Positions 27,268 to 37,240 of a stretch of DNA of 64,000 nt are shown here, piece by piece. The stretch is from the NCBI GenBank assembly GCA_963775055.1, contig CAVZHK010000001.1:13402-77401 (forward strand), in the 5' to 3' direction. Source of the stretch: an uncultured Acidimicrobiaceae bacterium. Its GTDB lineage: Bacteria > Actinomycetota > Acidimicrobiia > Acidimicrobiales > CAIXPF01. Each line of letters starts with the position of its first letter. Within the stretch, counting starts at the first letter, position 1. The notes below the pieces were generated by a model. The model saw only the letters and a program-made list of their open reading frames with translations. It ran no database searches and was not told the DNA's origin. A program made the position numbers and the translations under genes.

Positions 27268-30200
27268 ACATCGCTGCCATCCACGACCGCGGCCCGAGCC
27301 GCGAGTTGTGAACGGGTCTTGACGTCGAGTCTCGTGAAGATGTGTGTCATGTGCGTCTTCACCGTTGATCTGCTCATGAGGAGCTGTTCGCCGATCTGCG
27401 GGTTGGTGCGTCCCGCCGCCACCAGTTGAACGACCCGCCGTTCAGTGGGCGTGAGGCTTTCCCAACCGGCACTCGGGCGCTTTCGTTTGCCACGCGTGCG
27501 ACCCACCCACGCCACTGCCTGGTCGACGTCGAGTTCCAACGCGGCCGCGTACGCGACCGGGTCGAGATCATCGAGGCGGTGACCGAGCGCCCGGGCCAGG
27601 TGCGGGAACCGGAAGCGGTAGCCGCCGAGTTGGCGCCGCCGCGCCGCGAAACCCAACAGCCGGCTGTAGGTCACCCGGGTGTCCGCCAGCGCCGCCAGGG
27701 TCTCGAGGGCGTCGATGAGCGCAAGGCCGTACCCGCCCGCCTGCGCCGCCTCGAACGCCGCGTGAGCATGATCCTCGGCGGCGCGGAACTCGCGGCGGTG
27801 CATGGCGAGGTGAGCGCGGGTGAGCTCCCAGCGGCAGGCGGGGTAGGGCCCGCCCGGGGACTTCTCCGCCAGGAGGCCCTCGAGCTGCTCGAATCGTTCG
27901 CAGCCGAGCAGGGCGGCGTGTCCCAGCTCCTCATACCAATTCTCCCAAGGGCTGGCCACGAGCTCCCGGACGGTGCCGACCTCCACGTCCGCGCCGCCCG
28001 CCCGAAGCGCCACCACGATCTGGTACTTCGCGAACTCCGACGCCACAAAGGCCACCGCGGTCTGCACGGCCGGCAAGGCGAACAGCTCACCGGCGCGGAC
28101 CACCATGTCATCGCGTTCGGCGAGCATCCCGACGTAGGCCAGGCCCGAGGCGCACATGCTCATCGAGCAGGGCTCGATCGGGCCGTCAACGTCCGCCGCA
28201 TCGGCCAGGGTGCCGGCAACAGCGCGGTCGATGTCGCCACGGATCGTCGGCTCCATGGCCCCGATCAGCGCGCACTGGGCCCGAAAGCTACGATTGCCGA
28301 TCCCACGCCACGACTCCATTCCCTCGGCGCGCAGTTCGGCAACCTCGTCGAGATACCCGGCACAGGTCCGTGAGAGCGACAAGAGAATGGCGCTCACCGC
28401 GAGGCGGAAGCGGTCACCAGCGGCACGGGCGTGCCGCAACGCCTCCGCCGCATGTTCCATCGGCTCATCCCGACCGAAGATGCAGAGAACAGAATGGCAA
28501 TAGGACAGAGTCGCGTGATCACCGACTCCCTCGGCGATCTCCATGGCCCGGGGAAGCAGCTCGATCACGCCTTCGTCGCCGGCGAACATGAGCGTGTCGG
28601 ACATCCAGCCAACGGCGCTTGCCCACCGCTCAGGGTGAGCACCCGGACCGGCATCGAGGATTGGTCGACCCCAGCGGCGAGCGTCGGCATGGTGACCCAG
28701 GTTGGCCCACGAAAGCGCCAGATGCTCGAGTAGCCGCAGCGCCAGCTCTGGTTGACCGGTGGACCACTCCAATGCACCGCGCACGTTGAGATACTCACGC
28801 TCGATGGCGTTCTGCGTCTCGTCGCTCGGGCAGCGCCCATCAAGACGTTCGATCCACCTGACGTAGTACCGCAGGTGACGGTCTCGGGCCTCGCTCAACT
28901 CCGAAGCCTCACCACAATGCTCCAACGCAAACTGGCGCATGGTCTCAAGCATCCTGAACCGGCACTCGTCCAAGTCGTGCGGATCACTGATCGACAGCAG
29001 CATGGACCGGTCCACCAAGCGATACAGGGCCTCGAGCACGTCGATCTGCACCACGCCAACACCGTCTGCGCCGACCGCCTCGGCCGCCCCGAGGTCGAAG
29101 TCCGCCGGAAACACCGCCAAGCGCCGAAACAACGTCTGCGCCAGCGGGTCGAGCAGCCCGTAGGACCACTCCAGGGAGGCCAGCATGGTGGCATGACGCG
29201 ACGTCGCATGTCGCGTCCCTCCCCGAAGCAACCGAAAGCGGTCACCGAGGGCCTTGGCGATGCTCCCAGGACTCATCCCCCGGGCTCGGGCTGCTGCCAG
29301 CTCAATCGCCAACGGCACGCCGTCGAGCTGGGCGCAAACCTCGGCCACGTCCCCGCTGTTCTCCTCCGTCAGCGCAAACGTCGGGCGGACCTGGCGGGCC
29401 CGGTCAACGAACAGCTGCACCGCGCCAAACGAACGCAGCTCATCCAGTGATGTCGGGCCGCGCCGCCCAAGAGGGGGGCATTGTAGACCCGCGACACGCC
29501 ACGGCCACTCGCTGCCCATACCAAGCGGTTCGCGTGACGTGGCGAGCAGACGCACCCTGGCGCAGCGGCCCGAGATCGACTCGACCACGGCCACCACCAC
29601 GTCAACGAGATGCTCACAGTTGTCGAACACAATGAGCACGTGACCGTCGCCGATGAGCGCCGCAACGGTGTCCGCCGGCAACCGACCCGGCTCTTCTCGG
29701 CAGCCGACGGCGTCGAGGAGGGCCTGACCCGAGTCGATGGCGTCGTGACAGCCGGCCAGGTCAACCCAGTACTGCCCGTCGGGACAGCACGGGGCGAGGG
29801 ACGGGAGCAATTCGGCGGCCAAGCGGGTCTTGCCGCACCCTCCCGGGCCCACGATGGTCACGAGCCGTTTGAACGGATCGGCAAACAGCGCGCCCAGATC
29901 ACGCAGATCTTCGTGGCGCCCGACGAAGCTCGTTCCGGCGAAGCCCATCCCGGCGGGGCGACGCGCTGAGCCGACGTGGGCGCCGGTCCCCGTGATGGCT
30001 CGTCCGGGATCGGTCCCGGCGTCGCGGATGGTCATCACAGACTGTGCTCGTGCTCCGGGTGAGAGTGGGTAGCGACCGAACACCTCGAATGACGCCGCGT
30101 CGTCCACACCATCGGCCAACACGTACAGCGCCTCGGAGCAAACGACTCGTCCTCTTCCCCCGATGACGGCAAGGGACGCCAACGCCTCGACCGCTGGCCC

Positions 30201-30545
30201 GCTGATGACGCCTGCCCGGTCGAAGCTGACCTCCCCCACGTGGACCGCGACCCGCAGTCCGGCCCCGGTCGGGCCGCGGCCCAACTGCAGCGCCACCGCC
30301 AACGCCTCCGCGGCACGGCGAACCAGGCACATGGCGGCGCCGTCTGCGTTGCGCACCAATCGGCCGTCAGATGGCAATCGGTCGGCCAGGTCTGCTTCGG
30401 CCGCCGCCGTCAGGCCTTCGACGCGGAGCGCGATGTGCGTCCCGAGGGACGGCCCGCTGTCATCAATCACGAAACCTGACACTATCTGATGCGCGTACCC
30501 GTCCGGGTCAGACCTTTCGACACACGTAGAAATTCTCCATGACAT
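27264..30545 (-). CDS. large LuxR-family regulator: cyclase-like N-domain, AAA/NB-ARC-type ATPase, TPR-like repeats, C-terminal LuxR HTH
   Basis: Motifs TSFVGRHEDL, GPGGCGKTRLA, LIVFDNCEHL, LLATSREPLG and a C-terminal LTPTERRVVQLVAAGRTNPQIGEQLLMSRSTVKTHMTHIFTRL. The start is ambiguous: ATG 30545 overlaps the upstream gene, and GTG 30482 is possible. Confidence 0.85.
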   Translation of the reverse strand: MSWRISTCVERSDPDGYAHQIVSGFVIDDSGPSLGTHIALRVEGLTAAAEADLADRLPSDGRLVRNADGAAMCLVRRAAEALAVALQLGRGPTGAGLRVAVHVGEVSFDRAGVISGPAVEALASLAVIGGRGRVVCSEALYVLADGVDDAASFEVFGRYPLSPGARAQSVMTIRDAGTDPGRAITGTGAHVGSARRPAGMGFAGTSFVGRHEDLRDLGALFADPFKRLVTIVGPGGCGKTRLAAELLPSLAPCCPDGQYWVDLAGCHDAIDSGQALLDAVGCREEPGRLPADTVAALIGDGHVLIVFDNCEHLVDVVVAVVESISGRCARVRLLATSREPLGMGSEWPWRVAGLQCPPLGRRGPTSLDELRSFGAVQLFVDRARQVRPTFALTEENSGDVAEVCAQLDGVPLAIELAAARARGMSPGSIAKALGDRFRLLRGGTRHATSRHATMLASLEWSYGLLDPLAQTLFRRLAVFPADFDLGAAEAVGADGVGVVQIDVLEALYRLVDRSMLLSISDPHDLDECRFRMLETMRQFALEHCGEASELSEARDRHLRYYVRWIERLDGRCPSDETQNAIEREYLNVRGALEWSTGQPELALRLLEHLALSWANLGHHADARRWGRPILDAGPGAHPERWASAVGWMSDTLMFAGDEGVIELLPRAMEIAEGVGDHATLSYCHSVLCIFGRDEPMEHAAEALRHARAAGDRFRLAVSAILLSLSRTCAGYLDEVAELRAEGMESWRGIGNRSFRAQCALIGAMEPTIRGDIDRAVAGTLADAADVDGPIEPCSMSMCASGLAYVGMLAERDDMVVRAGELFALPAVQTAVAFVASEFAKYQIVVALRAGGADVEVGTVRELVASPWENWYEELGHAALLGCERFEQLEGLLAEKSPGGPYPACRWELTRAHLAMHRREFRAAEDHAHAAFEAAQAGGYGLALIDALETLAALADTRVTYSRLLGFAARRRQLGGYRFRFPHLARALGHRLDDLDPVAYAAALELDVDQAVAWVGRTRGKRKRPSAGWESLTPTERRVVQLVAAGRTNPQIGEQLLMSRSTVKTHMTHIFTRLDVKTRSQLAARAAVVDGSDV

Positions 30546-31590
30546 TGCCGGGCAGGGTGTGAATGACCAGATCCTCGAATCCGGCTCGACGGAAGATTTC
30601 CCGAGCCTTCTGCACGCCCCACATCGTGCCGAGCCCGTCGCCACCCTCGGCCAAGGACACCGTCATGCAGATCTGGCACGAGATGCCGTAGAGGAACGGC
30701 CCGAGGGGATGGTCGATGTTCCCCTCGAGGTGGCTGGACGCCCGGATGTCACTACACAGCCAAAAGCCACCTGGGCGAAGAGCTTGATACACACCGGACA
30801 CGACGGCCTGTGGGTCGGCCTGGTCGTGGATAGCGTCGAACGTGGTGATGAAATCAAAAGCGTCCACGGACTGGAGACGAGCGGCGTCACGGACCTCGAA
30901 CGTCACATTCTCAAGGCCCCAACTGGCGGCCTCGCCACGGGCCACCGCCACCGCTTGGTCCGACACATCGAACCCGACGAAGCAGGAATTCGGAAAGGCC
31001 CGACCCATGACGTTGACGGCACGACCGCACCCGGTGCCCACATCGGCCACGTCGATCCCGCGTTCGAGCTGCGCGATCACGCCCGGCACCAAGGGCAGCA
31101 GCAGCTCGACGAGGTTGGCGTCGAAGGCGGCGCCGCTCAGCTCACGAATCAGGTCGTGGACCCGGTGGTACGCACCCCACGGCACACCTCCACCGTGGCG
31201 GAACTTGGTGACCAACTCGTCTTCCACGGTGGACAGCACCGACACGATCTGCGTGTAAGCGGCGAAGTTATCCGGGCCCGCCGCCCTGGTCGACAGCGCC
31301 GAGTGTTCGGGCGGAAGGCGATAAGCAGCTTCGTGGGGGTGATAGTCCACGACGCCGGCCGTCACCATCACGGCCAGCCATTCGCGCACATATCGCTCCT
31401 GCAGGCCGGCCGCCTCAGCGATCTCCGTCGACGTCGCCGGACGGATCAAAGCCGACATGGCATCGAAGAGACCGACCCGATGTCCAATGCTCATCGACGT
31501 GACGGTCAACGCATGGTTGAGCATCGTCATCAGCCGCTGACCGAACGCTTCGATCTTTCCCGCGTCCAGCTCGGTCTCGGACATCACCAT
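30508..31590 (-). CDS. class I SAM-dependent methyltransferase with an N-terminal winged-helix domain
   Basis: ATG 31590 follows GAAGGGA. The wHTH-like segment reads STEIAEAAGLQERYVREWL. SAM motif I is VADVGTGCGRAV, and the post-I acidic residue is in GFDVS. Confidence 0.8.
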   Translation of the reverse strand: MVMSETELDAGKIEAFGQRLMTMLNHALTVTSMSIGHRVGLFDAMSALIRPATSTEIAEAAGLQERYVREWLAVMVTAGVVDYHPHEAAYRLPPEHSALSTRAAGPDNFAAYTQIVSVLSTVEDELVTKFRHGGGVPWGAYHRVHDLIRELSGAAFDANLVELLLPLVPGVIAQLERGIDVADVGTGCGRAVNVMGRAFPNSCFVGFDVSDQAVAVARGEAASWGLENVTFEVRDAARLQSVDAFDFITTFDAIHDQADPQAVVSGVYQALRPGGFWLCSDIRASSHLEGNIDHPLGPFLYGISCQICMTVSLAEGGDGLGTMWGVQKAREIFRRAGFEDLVIHTLPGNVMENFYVCRKV

Positions 31591-31855
31591 GGTGCTCCCT
31601 TCGTTGCGACGCTCAGCAGCGTGCCTCAGACCAGGGCCGAGTACATCGGCCAGATGACCGATCCCGCAGGGACCACCTCGCCGAAGACCATCCGCGGCAG
31701 GTGGCATCCATCCGGAGGCTGCTCAGCCCGAAGCTGGGAGACCGCCCGGGCGGGAAAATTTTCGCCCGATAGCACGGGTTGGCCAGCGCCGTGGCGAGTA
31801 GGCTCGCGCTGCGCCTGGTTCACGAGGAGCCTCGCGCGTCGAGAGAAGAGTCAAG

Positions 31856-32056
31856 TTGACCACAGGCACCGTTAAGTTCTTCAACGCTGAGAAGGGTTTC
31901 GGCTTCATCTCACGTACCGGGGGCGAGGACGTCTTCGTGCATTACTCCAACATCCAGGGCAACGGCTATCGGAGCTTGGAGGAAGGCCAAGCCGTCGAGT
32001 TCGACGTCGCGCCCGGCCGCAAGGGCGAGGAAGCGCAGAACGTACGGCTCGTCTGA
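31856..32056 (+). CDS. csp: cold-shock protein (CSD)
   Basis: 66 aa, (M)[17 protein letters not shown]...DVFVHYS, containing the RNP1/RNP2 motifs. TTG start preceded by GAGAAGAG. Confidence 0.9.
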   Translation: MTTGTVKFFNAEKGFGFISRTGGEDVFVHYSNIQGNGYRSLEEGQAVEFDVAPGRKGEEAQNVRLV

Positions 32057-32073
32057 CCGAGTTCAGCGTTGAA

Positions 32074-32112
32074 GAAGACCGCAGGCATCTGCCGGCGGTC
32101 TTCTTTCGTTTT
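32074..32112 (+). terminator. rho-independent terminator after csp
   Basis: Stem GAAGACCGC / GCGGTCTTC with a 12-nt loop, followed by TTTCGTTTT. Confidence 0.65.
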
Positions 32113-32264
32113 GCCGGGTGGGGCTGACAGACCGGGGCCACCGCGCTGGGCGCCGTGTTGGCGGCCGCCACGGGGTCGGAGGCGTCGGTCGACAAGAATC
32201 GGGCGGGCAGAATTCCCGAGGCTGCCGGCAATCCCGCCGCGCCCGACCGATCAGGAGAGTGGAC

Positions 32265-34040
32265 GTGGCCGAAGGACAAGCCCGAGAGACGCACGTGTTC
32301 GTGTCCGGCAACCCGGGACGCGACGTCCAGCGGGTGGGCACTGCCCGCTGGCTCGGCGAGGATCCCACGCGGATCCACGACCCCGTGTGGGGCGTGCTCG
32401 GCAACCTCGGCGACAGCCAGTGCTACCTGGGTGTGCGCAGCAAGGTCGACGCCGTGCACCGGGCCCTGTCGGCCAGGGTTGCCCGGGATGGGTTGCCCAT
32501 ACGGCTGATAGCGCCGGGGTTCACGCTCGCAGTGTCCGACGGGCAGCTCAACGGCACCGCCCAGATGCGCTACTCGCTGATCGGGCGCGAGGCGGTCAAC
32601 GATGCCACCGAGCTCCATCTGCGAGCCAGCGACATGGCCGGTGTGATCGCCGTGGTGGCCTGCGACAAGCCGCCGGTCGGCACGCTCGCCGCGATCCTCG
32701 ACTTCAACGTCCCCGCGGTGCTGCTCTCGGACGGGTCGATTCACCCTGGCGTGGACCCGGTGACCAACGAACGCCTCGACATCGTGGCCGCGTTCCAGGT
32801 GGCCAGCGCCGACGACGAGACCCGCACCCGCACGGCACTGCACGCTTGCCCCGGCCAGGGCAGCTGTGGCGGCATGTTCACCTACAACACCATGCAGACC
32901 TTCATCGCGGTTCTCGGGATGGAGCCCCTCCACATGGTGGCGCCTGCGTCCGAGGACCCGCGCCGCCTCGAGCAGTTCCCCGCCGAGCTCGTCGACTGCC
33001 TGGTCACGATGCGCAACATCGGCCTCCGACCACGAGACATCGTGACCCCCGCCGCCCTGCGCAACGCCGTGACCGTCACGATGGCGATGGGCGGCTCGAC
33101 CAACGTGGCGCTCCACGCCGTGGAACTGGCGCGCGCCGCGGGCCTCGACTTCTGGGGCCAGGTCATGAGCCAGGAGGAGTTCAACGACCTCTCCAGCCGG
33201 TTGCCGGTGCTGGTCAACATGCGGCCCTTCGGCGCCTACTCGATGGTCGACGTGGAAACCGTCGGGGGCCTGCCCGTGATCGTCGCCGAACTGCTGCGCG
33301 GCGGCTGGCTCGACGGCAGCACCCGTACCTGCACCGGGGAGACGCTCGCGGAGCAGGTCGCCCGCTTGGCGCCCCCCGCGCCCGACGGCGAGGTGGTCCA
33401 CTCGCTGGCGGTGCCTTTCAAGGCCACCGGCGGGCTTCGGCTGCTGCACGGAAACTTGGCGCCCGATGGGGGCGCGATCCTCAAGCTGGCAGGCGTCGAG
33501 CGCGGCATCGTCGACGGCCGGTTCGTCGGCCGGGCGCGGGTGTTCGACAGCGAGCAGAGCCTGATCGACACGCTGGCTGATCGGCCGGACGTGATCTCCG
33601 ACGGCGACATGATCGTGATCCGCTATGTGGGCCCGCGCGGCGCGCCCGGGATGCCCGAGATGCTCGACCCGACCTCTCGCATCACTGCGCTGTGTCGCCA
33701 GCGGGACATCACGGTGGCGCTGATGACCGACGGGCGTTTCTCCGGAGGGTCAGTCGGGCTCGTGATCGGGCACATATCGCCGGAGGCCTACCTCGCCGGC
33801 CCGATCGCGCTCGTCGAGGACGGTGACACCATCACCGTCGACCTCGAGGGCAATCACCTCGATTGCGCCGAGTTGGCCGATCCGCCCACGGCGCTGCAGC
33901 GACTCGCAGCGTGGCAGTCGGCGTCCGCCGCCAACGGCGGGGCCCACCCCCACGTGGTGGCGATTGAGGGCCGGCTGCTGCGCCGCATGCGCTCGACGGC
34001 TCGCTCCGCGCTGGACGGCGGCGGTATGCAGGATGGCTGA
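32265..34040 (+). CDS. IlvD/Edd-family dehydratase (dihydroxy-acid or sugar-acid dehydratase)
   Basis: GTG 32265 lies 7 nt after AGGAG. Motifs VACDKPPVG, CPGQGSCGGMFTYNTM, GGSTNVALH, RYVGPRGAPGMPEM and TDGRFSGGS. Confidence 0.85.
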   Translation: MAEGQARETHVFVSGNPGRDVQRVGTARWLGEDPTRIHDPVWGVLGNLGDSQCYLGVRSKVDAVHRALSARVARDGLPIRLIAPGFTLAVSDGQLNGTAQMRYSLIGREAVNDATELHLRASDMAGVIAVVACDKPPVGTLAAILDFNVPAVLLSDGSIHPGVDPVTNERLDIVAAFQVASADDETRTRTALHACPGQGSCGGMFTYNTMQTFIAVLGMEPLHMVAPASEDPRRLEQFPAELVDCLVTMRNIGLRPRDIVTPAALRNAVTVTMAMGGSTNVALHAVELARAAGLDFWGQVMSQEEFNDLSSRLPVLVNMRPFGAYSMVDVETVGGLPVIVAELLRGGWLDGSTRTCTGETLAEQVARLAPPAPDGEVVHSLAVPFKATGGLRLLHGNLAPDGGAILKLAGVERGIVDGRFVGRARVFDSEQSLIDTLADRPDVISDGDMIVIRYVGPRGAPGMPEMLDPTSRITALCRQRDITVALMTDGRFSGGSVGLVIGHISPEAYLAGPIALVEDGDTITVDLEGNHLDCAELADPPTALQRLAAWQSASAANGGAHPHVVAIEGRLLRRMRSTARSALDGGGMQDG

Positions 34041-34164
34041 TGCCTGCTCCTACGGGTCAGGTCAACAAGCACCAGGACCGGCACGACGAGGCGCGTGGCC
34101 GCCTTTCCGTTGCCGACCTGACGCCCCCAACCGCCGGGGGCACCGCTCTGCCTGACCAGTGCCG

Positions 34165-34360
34165 CGACGGCGCGATCGTTGCCATCCAGGTGAAAGCGGC
34201 GTCCGCTGTCGACCAGCACGACGCCCGCCATCTCGCTTGGTTCCGCGACGAGCTACCCGCCGGGCACGTCCGAGCCGGCCTCGTCCTGTACACCGGAACC
34301 CTGGTCCGCCCGCTCGGCGACCACCTCTGGGCAGTCCCGATCCGCACGCTCTGGGCATGA
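34165..34360 (+). pseudogene. C-terminal remnant of a DUF4143 ATPase gene
   Basis: AIVAIQVKAASAVDQHDARHLAWFRDEL...GLVLYTGTLVRPLGDHLWAVPIRTLW aligns by eye with the C-terminus of the intact gene at 18528-19799 (AFAVEVKSARSVNASDARGLVFLRDRL...GVVLHTGSITARLSERIWAVPVAALW). No ATPase domain lies upstream. Confidence 0.55.
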
Positions 34361-34682
34361 CACCACGCCGCTCTTCGCCGAAGCAGCGGAGGGCACATCG
34401 TGTCATCGACGCTCCTGACCTCAGGGAGCCTGTCCCGCCGCTCTCGACGCGGGCTACCACGAGCTGGCGAGGCCGAGGTGGCCGGCGACGTGGAGAGCGA
34501 GCTCGGTGCGCTAGATCGATAGCGATGTCGTAGAGGTCGCTCACCCCGAGGCACCCCACCGACACCCTCGACCCACACAACCCGCGGTGGGTGCCGCCGA
34601 GCGGGCTACATCAGAGCGCCAAGGCGGCGGGGGCGCGTCCCAACGGCGCATAGAAACAGGCTGTGACCTGGGCTTTCTCGGG

Positions 34683-34756
34683 TGGGCCGTAAGGGATTCG
34701 AACCCCTGACCTCTTGCGCGTCATGCAAGCGCTCTAACCAACTGAGCTAACGGCCC
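34683..34756 (-). tRNA. tRNA-Val (anticodon GAC)
   Basis: The hand-folded cloverleaf is 74 nt. Acceptor GGGCCGT/ACGGCCC, D arm GCTC-AGTTGGTTA-GAGC, anticodon stem CTTGC/GCAAG with loop AT-GAC-GC, T arm AGGGG-TTCGAAT-CCCTT. CCA is not encoded. Confidence 0.9.
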
Positions 34757-34828
34757 CGACTCGCGCCACGCTAGCACGCTGCCGTCCGCCTCCCAGGGCG
34801 CTCACAGTCGCCGCGATGCAATGGCCGG

Positions 34829-35458
34829 TCAGTCGTCGCCGTTCCCGCTCCCCCTGTTGTCCTCGTCGTTTCCTTTCCCGTTCCCGTTCGATCGGCCGTT
34901 GCCTCGACCGGGCCGGGTGTCCCTTGACGGCGGTTGGGTGGTGGACGGACGTGTCACGGTCACCGTGGGCACCGGTGCCGGGACGGCGGGCGCGATTGTG
35001 GTCGTGGGTGCGGCCGGTTCGGGCGCAGGGGGCGCGGCTGCGGTCGTCTCGCTGATCGACGGCTCCGGCTCCGGCTCCGGCTCCAGCGCGGCCGGGGCGG
35101 GTGCAACCGGTTCCGGTGCTGTGACGATGGGCGCCGTGGTGGCGACGGGCAGGGTCGACGTCGGAACGATCGCGCTCACCGTGCTCGATGTCGGTGCCAC
35201 CAACGCCGCCGCACGAGCCGCGGTCGTGATTGTCGTCCGAGGGCCGTACTCGGCGACGGTCACCGCCGGCAGTTGAGGACCAACCGTGGCGGTGCGCAAC
35301 GGACCGGCATCACTCGGCCACAGCAGCACCAACATGAGGGCGACGGCCACCACCGCCGCAACGGTGCCGATCAGCACAGGCATGGCCGACCGGTGCAGCT
35401 TCGAACTTGCTGGGGCATCCATTGCTGCAACTCCCAAGGGCACGATGAGTACCAACAC
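34829..35458 (-). CDS. hypothetical single-pass membrane protein with a Pro/Thr/Ala-rich ectodomain
   Basis: One hydrophobic helix (PVLIGTVAAVVAVALMLVLLW), then low-complexity PT/PE repeats including (GGCTCC)4 at about 35060-35085. Coding status rests mainly on ORF length and the TM segment. Confidence 0.45.
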   Translation of the reverse strand: MLVLIVPLGVAAMDAPASSKLHRSAMPVLIGTVAAVVAVALMLVLLWPSDAGPLRTATVGPQLPAVTVAEYGPRTTITTAARAAALVAPTSSTVSAIVPTSTLPVATTAPIVTAPEPVAPAPAALEPEPEPEPSISETTAAAPPAPEPAAPTTTIAPAVPAPVPTVTVTRPSTTQPPSRDTRPGRGNGRSNGNGKGNDEDNRGSGNGDD

Positions 35459-35661
35459 TGTCCGCCGTCAATGTTAGCGCCGTTCGCAGCAGCGGACGTC
35501 AACCCGCCTCACCCTGCCACCGCACGATGATGTGCAGCCGGGCGGCTTCATCGACCAGCATGATCGACCAGCATGACTGACCGGGCGACCAACCAAGCCG
35601 TCATCGCAGGGAACACCGGCCCAACCAAGCAGCGCGGAGCACCGATGTGGAGGCAAGTCTC

Positions 35662-36411
35662 ATGAGCGTGCAGGTCGAACGACGGGAACGGGTTCTGGTG
35701 GTCTCACTGCACCGGGAAGAGAAGCGCAACGCCATCGATCGGGAACTGGCCGATGGGATCGATGACGCCCTCAACACGCTCGAAGACGATCCCTCGCTCT
35801 GGGTTGGCATACTCACCGGTACCTCAACGGTGTTCTCCGCGGGGACCGACCTCAAGCAACCGGCCAGCCCGGCCACCGAGCGCGGCGGCGAGTACGGGGT
35901 CATCCGCCGCCAACGAACCAAGCCCCTCATCGTGGCCGTGGAAGGGTTCGCGCTGGGCGGCGGCATGGAGATCGTGCTGGCCGCGGATCTGGTGGTGGCG
36001 TCCACCAGCGCCCGCTTCGGGCTGCCCGAGGTGGCCCGGGGTATCCTGCCGACCTGCGGCGGGTTGTTCCGTACCGGTCGGAACCTGCCCATCAACATCG
36101 CCAAGGAGCTGTTGCTCACCGGGGATCAACTCAGCGCCCAGCGAGCGTACGACCTCGGTCTGGTGAACCGCATCACCGAACCGGGTGGGGCGCTCGAGGG
36201 TGCGGTGGCGTTGGCCGAACGGATCTGTGTCAACGCGCCGATCTCGGTTCGCCAAAGCCTCTGGGCCTTCGAACAGGTGAACACCGTGACCGACCATACC
36301 GGCTGGCATGCCACCGCCGCCGCCACCACGGTGGTCCGCGCCACCGAGGATTTCAAGGAGGGGCGCACCGCCTTCTTCGACAAGCGCCCGCCGATCTGGG
36401 CCGGCCGCTGA
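35662..36411 (+). CDS. enoyl-CoA hydratase/isomerase (crotonase) family
   Basis: ATG 35662 lies 8 nt after GGAGG. Motifs FSAGTDLK, AVEGFALGGGMEIVLAADL and DFKEGRTAFFDKRPP. Confidence 0.85.
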   Translation: MSVQVERRERVLVVSLHREEKRNAIDRELADGIDDALNTLEDDPSLWVGILTGTSTVFSAGTDLKQPASPATERGGEYGVIRRQRTKPLIVAVEGFALGGGMEIVLAADLVVASTSARFGLPEVARGILPTCGGLFRTGRNLPINIAKELLLTGDQLSAQRAYDLGLVNRITEPGGALEGAVALAERICVNAPISVRQSLWAFEQVNTVTDHTGWHATAAATTVVRATEDFKEGRTAFFDKRPPIWAGR

Positions 36412-36445
36412 AACCGAACTCTCCTCCGAACCGAATGGACCACCC

Positions 36446-37240
36446 ATGACGATTCCCGCCGTCACCAATTCTGCCGTCATCAACCTGCTGCACTGCTTCG
36501 ACAGTTTCTCGGCCCTGTGCGGTGAGCTGTCCGAGGCGGAATGGACCACGCCGTCGTTGTGTCCCGGTTGGCAGGTTCGGGACGTGGTAGCGCACCTCGC
36601 TGGCATCGAACATGCCTTGGACGGCTGGCCTCCCTCGGGAGACAACCCGCCGCCGTTCAACGACATCGCGGGCTACATGGAACGGGCCCGTTCGTGGACC
36701 GATACGCAGCTCGTGGCCGACCTCGACGCGGTGCTGGCCCGCCGCCGCGCCGAACTGAGCAGTATGGACGACACCGTCTTCGAAGCTGTGTCCTGGACGC
36801 CGGTCGGAGTGCAGACCTACGGGCGGTTCATGGCAGTGCGGAACTTCGATTTCTGGGTACACGAACAGGACATGCGGGTGCCGCTGGGCAAGCCCGGCCA
36901 CTTGGACGGCCCCGCAGCGGAGATGGCGCTCGACGAAGTCCGGCTCAGCCTGGGCTACATCATCGGCAAGCGGGCCAACATTCCCGAAGGTAGGTCGGTG
37001 AAGATCGTGCTGACGGGGCCGTTGAACAACGAGTTGTGCGCCGTCGTCGATGGGCGGGCCCGGGCTGTGGACCACCTGGAGAACCCTGACGCCACCGTTA
37101 CCACCGATTCGCTCACGTTCATGCTGCTGGCCTGCGGTCGCCTTGATCCCTCCGAAGCCATCGAGCACGGCAAGGTCACCTACGCCGGTGACAGCGCGCT
37201 GGCCGATCAGCTGGCCCGCAACCTCCGCTTCACGTTCTGA
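36446..37240 (+). CDS. maleylpyruvate isomerase family mycothiol-dependent enzyme (DinB-like N-domain)
   Basis: The motif W..PSLCPGW.VRDVVAHL is typical of the mycothiol-dependent MDMPI N-domain family. The track ORF start at 36308 overlaps the upstream gene. Confidence 0.65.
   Translation: MTIPAVTNSAVINLLHCFDSFSALCGELSEAEWTTPSLCPGWQVRDVVAHLAGIEHALDGWPPSGDNPPPFNDIAGYMERARSWTDTQLVADLDAVLARRRAELSSMDDTVFEAVSWTPVGVQTYGRFMAVRNFDFWVHEQDMRVPLGKPGHLDGPAAEMALDEVRLSLGYIIGKRANIPEGRSVKIVLTGPLNNELCAVVDGRARAVDHLENPDATVTTDSLTFMLLACGRLDPSEAIEHGKVTYAGDSALADQLARNLRFTF

Noticed and set aside
31905-33580. 514-aa minus-strand and 503-aa plus-strand alternate-frame ORFs over the IlvD/Edd gene
   Set aside because: Both are Arg/Gly/Pro-rich shadows. 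The third frame carries unmistakable IlvD/Edd motifs.
34361-34682. Integrase, att site or small gene between the DUF4143 remnant and tRNA-Val
   Set aside because: All six frames give only Arg/Pro-rich shadows. No recombinase motifs and no repeat of the tRNA 3' end were seen by eye.
35060-35085. (GGCTCC)4 hexamer repeat as an independent element
   Set aside because: It simply encodes the (EP)n low-complexity stretch of the Pro/Thr-rich membrane protein.
37207-37240. 34-nt convergent overlap of the amidase and the mycothiol-enzyme gene ends (likewise 59852-59865)
   Set aside because: Short convergent 3' overlaps are common in compact high-GC genomes. The amidase tail is low-complexity and may simply be a late stop.
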